Source: a virus (lineage: Duplodnaviria; Caudoviricetes). Taken from it: a stretch of 60,654 nt of DNA. The DNA lies in the IMG/VR virus record IMGVR_UViG_3300046777_001314, positions 1 to 60,654 of that record, one strand, 5' to 3'. The notes under the pieces are model-generated. The model saw only the letters and a program-made list of their open reading frames with translations. It did not search any database and was not told the origin of the DNA. Made by a program: the position numbers and the translations under genes. Positions 56,480-60,654 of the stretch are shown one piece after another (the stretch's first letter is position 1; every line of letters starts with the position of its first letter).

Positions 56480-58247
56480 TTTTTTTGAGGCGTTAAAAAA
56501 TAATAACTTTGAGGAAATTCCCGTAGATGCTAAGACATTTGTTGAAGGTGAATCATATCTAAATCAACCTCCACTCTCTGATATACAATATGACATTGTT
56601 GAGGCAATGAGTCAAATTTATAGAGAAGAAGATCTTGTAGATATCATGGGGGCAGAAGAAGGTCATCGCTATTATAAGAAGTATACAAAGAATGAGGTCA
56701 TTCTGCAACTTGGCAAGGGATCTGGAAAAGACTTTACATCAACCGTAGCATGTGCATATATCGTATATAAACTACTATGCCTAAAAGATCCTGCTAGATA
56801 CTTTGGTAAGCCCGCAGGAGATGCAATTGATATTATTAACGTGGCTATTAACGCTCAACAGGCTAAGAATGTGTTCTTTAAAGGATTCAAGACTAAGATT
56901 GAAAAGTCTGAATGGTTTGCAGGAAAATACAATGCAAAGGCAGAAAGCATTGAGTTTGATAAAGCAATCACGGTTTACTCTGGTCACTCAGAAAGAGAAT
57001 CACACGAAGGTTTGAACCTTATTCTTGCAGTACTTGATGAAATTTCTGGTTTTGCAACTGAAGTAGGAACTGGTAATGATCAAGGTAAGACTGCAGATAA
57101 TATCTATAAGGCATTCCGTGCATCTGTAGATTCTCGTTTCCCTGACCTTGGTAAGGTTGCACTGCTCTCATTCCCTCGTTTTCCAGGTGACTTTATCTCG
57201 CAAAAGTATGAAGATGCAATTATGGAAAAAGAAGTCATTACAAAGACACATCGTTTTATCATGAATCCAGACTTTCCAGAAGATGCTGAAGGAAACTATT
57301 TAGATATTGCTTGGGACGAAGATCAGATTATTGCATATAAATATCCTGGGGTATTTGGATTAAAAAGGCCAACATGGGTAGTAAATCCAACCCGTAAGAT
57401 TGATGATTTTAAATTAGCATTCTTTACAGATATGGGTGATGCAATGCAACGCTTTGCCTGTGTACCAACCTTTGCTTCTGACGCATTCTTTAAGCAAAAG
57501 GATAAACTTGAAAAGTGTATGACGCTTAGAAATCCAATTGATAATAATAAAAGGTTTGATGAATCATTTACTCCAGATCCAGATAAAGTTTATTATGTCC
57601 ATGCTGACCTTGCACAAAAGCATGACAAGTGTGCAGTAGCAATTGCACATGTTGATAAGTGGGTTAATCTTCAAGTAGTTAAAGATTATGAACAGGTTGC
57701 CCCAATTATTATTGTTGATGCTGTTGTATGGTGGGAGCCAAAGGTTGAAGGTCCAGTAAACCTTTCGGAAGTAAAACAGTGGATTCAAAATCTTCGTAGG
57801 CAGGGATTTAACCTTGGCATGGTTACATTTGACCGTTGGCAGTCATTTGATATTCAACAAGAACTTCAAGCAGTAGGAATAAGAACTGATACTGTTTCTG
57901 TTGGTAAAAAACACTATGAAGATCTTGCAATGATGGTTTATGAAGAGCGTATTGCTATGCCAAGAATACCTTTATTGCTTGACGAAATGTCTGAACTTAA
58001 GATTATTAATGATAAAAAGGTTGATCACCCACGTAAAAAATCTAAAGACCTTTCAGATGCAGTTACTGGGGCTGTCTTCGGCGCATTGTCTCACACCCCA
58101 AAGAATACTAATATAGAGATTGATATTCATACGTGGTCAACTTCAGCAAAGAAACTTGCTGAGAGCGAACAACGTATGGTAGAATTGGATAGTCGGGAAA
58201 TGCCTGAAGAAGTTCGGGAATATCTTGGCAACTTCAATTTATTGTAA
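56460..58247 (+). CDS. Terminase large subunit
   Basis: Walker A GKGSGKD, Walker B LAVLDE, nuclease motifs HADLA, FDRWQS, DHP...KDLSDA. Confidence 0.9.
   Translation: MSTMFNDFFEALKNNNFEEIPVDAKTFVEGESYLNQPPLSDIQYDIVEAMSQIYREEDLVDIMGAEEGHRYYKKYTKNEVILQLGKGSGKDFTSTVACAYIVYKLLCLKDPARYFGKPAGDAIDIINVAINAQQAKNVFFKGFKTKIEKSEWFAGKYNAKAESIEFDKAITVYSGHSERESHEGLNLILAVLDEISGFATEVGTGNDQGKTADNIYKAFRASVDSRFPDLGKVALLSFPRFPGDFISQKYEDAIMEKEVITKTHRFIMNPDFPEDAEGNYLDIAWDEDQIIAYKYPGVFGLKRPTWVVNPTRKIDDFKLAFFTDMGDAMQRFACVPTFASDAFFKQKDKLEKCMTLRNPIDNNKRFDESFTPDPDKVYYVHADLAQKHDKCAVAIAHVDKWVNLQVVKDYEQVAPIIIVDAVVWWEPKVEGPVNLSEVKQWIQNLRRQGFNLGMVTFDRWQSFDIQQELQAVGIRTDTVSVGKKHYEDLAMMVYEERIAMPRIPLLLDEMSELKIINDKKVDHPRKKSKDLSDAVTGAVFGALSHTPKNTNIEIDIHTWSTSAKKLAESEQRMVELDSREMPEEVREYLGNFNLL
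58156..58185 (+). promoter_or_regulatory. Promoter within the terL 3' end, probably for the surface-protein gene
   Basis: TTGCTG (58156-58161), 18 nt, TAGAAT (58180-58185) with extended TG. Confidence 0.45.
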
Positions 58248-58268
58248 AAAATACTAACAAGGAGAAAA

Positions 58269-59981
58269 ATGAATTCATTTAAGAAAATTGCCCTAGGTCT
58301 TGCTGCAGCGATGACTTTTGGCGTTATGTCAGCACTTCCGACAAGTGCTGCTGTAATCGGTCCAACACTAACGATTGACTCTGCTACAGATACAATCACT
58401 GCTGGTGAAACCGCAACTGCAGTAGTAACATTGTCGTTTATTTCAGAAACAGCAGCAGATACAGCAACAGTGCTTTCTGCTATGTTCTCACAACCAACAG
58501 GTGCATCAAAGAATGCAACACTTACATTGCTTGAGACAACAACTGCTACAGTTGCAGTTGCAGCAGGAAATCTTTCTGCTGATGTTAACTCAACAGTTGG
58601 AACACCAGGATATGTAACTGCAAAGTTTACAGTATCATTGGTTGCACCAACGGTTGCAGGAACATACGAAGCAAGAATTATTACAACTAAGCCAGCAACT
58701 GGTCCATCAGTAGCATGGACAGTTACAGTTAAGGCAGCAGATGTTACACCTTCTGCAGCAACAACAACTTCAATCCTAAATGCTGGTGAAGTAACAACTG
58801 CAACAGCAGATGCTTCAGTTTATGCACCAAAGGCTACTTCTACAGATGCAGCAGCAGTAATTGTGGTTACACCCAAGAATGCAGCAGGTGGAGCAGCAAC
58901 TGAATCAATTCTTGCAACAGTAACAGGATCAGGTCTTGTTGGCTATGGCACAAATGCTACAACAATGACAGCAATGGGTCGTGCACTAGTAATTCCTACA
59001 GGCAACTACGTTGGTGTATTTTCTGACGGTACAGCAGGAGTTGGAACAGTTACTCTTACAACACTTACAGGTACAGTACTTGCAACAGAGCAGGTAACAT
59101 TCTATGGAGATATCGCTACAATCGTAGCAACTACAGTTAAGTCTGTTATTGCAGTTGGTGCAAATACAACTACAGTTAAGGCAGTTGCAAAGGATGCTTC
59201 TGGCGTAACAGTTGGCGCAGGCACACTATATGCATATTCATCAGATATTGCAACAGTTTCTGATTCAGGAACAGCAGCAACTATCGTAGATGGTGCAGCA
59301 ACATTTACTCTTACTGGCGTTAAGGCTGGTGGAGTTGCCATCACAGTAAAGAACTCAGCAGGAACAATTGTCTCTGCTCCAGTTGCTACTCGTGTAGAAG
59401 CAGCAGCAGCAACAGTTAAGTTGTCATTTGATAAGGCTGTATATCTTCCAGGAGAAGCAGCAACCATTAAGGTTCAGGTTCTTGATGCAGCAGGTCTTCC
59501 AGTATCTGGAAAGACACACTCTGCTCTATTTGCAACAGGTGGAATTGTTTCTAACTATGCATTTGGTTCAGGATCAGATGTTCTTACAGCAACATCAGTT
59601 ACAACTGATACAGAAACTGTAAAGTCATATAAGGTATTCATGCCATTGACTGAAAACACTGTAACAATCACAGCAACTGGTGGATCATCTCTTCCAGTAG
59701 CAGGTCAGGTTGCAGTTACAGCATCAGCAGTTGTTTCTAATGAAGCAGCAAAGGCTGCTACAAAGGCTTCTGAAGAGGCAGCAAAGGCAGCACAGGCTGC
59801 TACAGATGCAGCACTTGCTGCAGCAAAGGCTGCTGACGAAGCAACACTTGCTGCTAAGGCATCATCAGATGCAGTAGCAAAACTTTCAAAGTCTGTTGCT
59901 TCAATGATTGCTTCACTTAAGAAGCAAATCACAGCACTTACCGCTCTAGTCTTAAAGATTCAGACAAAGGTAAAGGCTTAA
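58269..59981 (+). CDS. Secreted Ig-like repeat surface protein with a C-terminal Ala-rich coiled coil (S-layer-like)
   Basis: Signal peptide MNSFKKIALGLAAAMTFGVMSALPTSA; A/T/V-rich Ig-like segments (VKAVAKDASG, KVQVLDAAGLPV); tail LKKQITALTALVLKIQTKVKA. Confidence 0.7.
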   Translation: MNSFKKIALGLAAAMTFGVMSALPTSAAVIGPTLTIDSATDTITAGETATAVVTLSFISETAADTATVLSAMFSQPTGASKNATLTLLETTTATVAVAAGNLSADVNSTVGTPGYVTAKFTVSLVAPTVAGTYEARIITTKPATGPSVAWTVTVKAADVTPSAATTTSILNAGEVTTATADASVYAPKATSTDAAAVIVVTPKNAAGGAATESILATVTGSGLVGYGTNATTMTAMGRALVIPTGNYVGVFSDGTAGVGTVTLTTLTGTVLATEQVTFYGDIATIVATTVKSVIAVGANTTTVKAVAKDASGVTVGAGTLYAYSSDIATVSDSGTAATIVDGAATFTLTGVKAGGVAITVKNSAGTIVSAPVATRVEAAAATVKLSFDKAVYLPGEAATIKVQVLDAAGLPVSGKTHSALFATGGIVSNYAFGSGSDVLTATSVTTDTETVKSYKVFMPLTENTVTITATGGSSLPVAGQVAVTASAVVSNEAAKAATKASEEAAKAAQAATDAALAAAKAADEATLAAKASSDAVAKLSKSVASMIASLKKQITALTALVLKIQTKVKA

Positions 59982-59997
59982 ATAATCCAACAATTAG

Positions 59998-60025
59998 GGG
60001 AGTCAGGAAACTGGCTCCCTTTTTT
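59998..60025 (+). terminator. Intrinsic terminator
   Basis: GGGAGTCAG-gaaa-CTGGCTCCC followed by T6. Confidence 0.88.
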
Positions 60026-60037
60026 GTTTGTATAAAA

Positions 60038-60046
60038 TGATATAAT
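60038..60046 (+). promoter_or_regulatory. Extended -10 promoter TGATATAAT
   Basis: Directly after the terminator, before the last ORF. Confidence 0.65.
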
Positions 60047-60071
60047 AGGGTTATTAAACATCGGAAAGGAT

Positions 60072-60654
60072 GTGCCCCCTATCAAAAATCTCCTACTAAA
60101 AAGTGGGTTGGTGGCATTTTTAGTGGGATTGTGGTTCATTCTATGTCCAACCGATCAGGCACATGCTGATGAAATAGTAACAAACCAAGTATCCTCATCA
60201 GACACATCAACTGCAACAATAGATTCTTCTTCAATAATAATAGTACATACATCAATAGAAAGTGCTACAGCCATCATTGAGGTAGCCCAGGCTACAATTA
60301 CTCAGGCTGAAACTACCACGGCAGTTATACAAACCCAAGCAACAGCCATTACAAGCCCTACAGATACCATTACAGCCACTATCACACAGGCACAGGAATC
60401 AATTGTCCAGGCTCAAACAGTAGTAGATAGTGCTACTGTGGCTGTCAATAATGTAATTTCTAATCAGAATTTTCTGGATCAAGCAATAGAAACTCAAACA
60501 GCCATGGCACAAATAGTAGCCACAGAATCAGCAACAGTCCTATCTTTAATAGACAGTATGACAGTTCTTAATAACCAGATTGATAGCCAGACAGCAACTG
60601 TTAATACAGATAGTGCTACTGTTACAACTCTTCAGGGCGATGTAACATTAATTG
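60072..60654 (+). CDS. Secreted T/A/S/Q-rich protein, truncated by the window edge
   Basis: Manual translation (V)PPIKNLLLKSGLVAFLVGLWFILCPTDQAHA/DEIVTNQ...; signal peptide; frame appears open to the window end; exact start uncertain. Confidence 0.65.
   Translation, partial: MPPIKNLLLKSGLVAFLVGLWFILCPTDQAHADEIVTNQVSSSDTSTATIDSSSIIIVHTSIESATAIIEVAQATITQAETTTAVIQTQATAITSPTDTITATITQAQESIVQAQTVVDSATVAVNNVISNQNFLDQAIETQTAMAQIVATESATVLSLIDSMTVLNNQIDSQTATVNTDSATVTTLQGDVTLI

Larger units (their letters stand above)
1..60654 (+). mobile_element. Segment of a tailed dsDNA bacteriophage genome (siphovirus-like, probably infecting Actinobacteria)
   Basis: Portal, protease, capsid, tail tube, tape measure, terminase and phage replication genes densely packed on one strand; no host housekeeping context. 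Confidence 0.97.

Noticed and set aside
11381-58247. Inteins or introns in nrdJ, dnaB, dnaE, recA or terL
   Set aside because: Lengths are normal, motifs are contiguous, and no splice-junction or homing-endonuclease signatures were seen
586-59932. Numerous 60-150 aa minus-strand and alternate-frame ORFs in the track (e.g. 6611-7015, 10626-11069, 20562-20978, 28569-28973, 59102-59467)
   Set aside because: They overlap well-supported + strand genes and show no recognisable motifs; typical shadows of biased codon usage
1-60654. tRNA genes, stop-codon reassignment, integrase/att sites
   Set aside because: Intergenic gaps are short and explained by promoters and terminators; the standard code gives dense, intact genes; no integrase recognised. 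A tRNAscan-SE run would confirm the absence of tRNAs

Overview
This window is a 60.6-kb segment of a large, AT-rich, long-tailed dsDNA phage (Caudoviricetes, siphovirus-like), and almost every gene lies on the + strand. It runs through a modular tail-fibre/appendage cluster (1-11.2 kb), a monomeric class II ribonucleotide reductase, and a head module (portal, HK97-type protease with nested scaffold, major capsid). Next come the connectors, tail tube, two tail-assembly chaperones, a 2336-aa tape measure and minor tail proteins. A replication/recombination block follows (DnaB, primase, SSB, DnaE, MazG-like, RecA, resolvase-like, Cas4-like, RuvC-like), carrying an inserted tandem pair of NDP-sugar epimerases. 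The window ends with terminase small and large subunits and two secreted surface-type proteins. Gene content, leaderless-type promoters and the S-layer-like gene suggest an actinobacterial host, possibly freshwater Nanopelagicales-like (inference). The highlights are: (1) a stand-alone 79-aa paralog of the capsid N-terminal arm directly behind the capsid gene; (2) tail chaperones G and GT encoded as duplicated genes instead of by frameshift; (3) a 12-Cys 'knob' inserted in an otherwise Cys-free FN3/lectin-like protein, next to a Cys-rich partner; (4) recurring pairs of terminal motifs among fibre genes, suggesting chain-like docking; (5) a lone antisense secreted transglycosylase with a 5' hairpin/uORF and an intragenic terminator; (6) about 20 TGnTAnnnT promoters; (7) phage-encoded host-like surface proteins. 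I recognised no tRNA, CRISPR array, integrase, intein or reverse transcriptase. All family assignments come from motif recognition by eye, not database searches.
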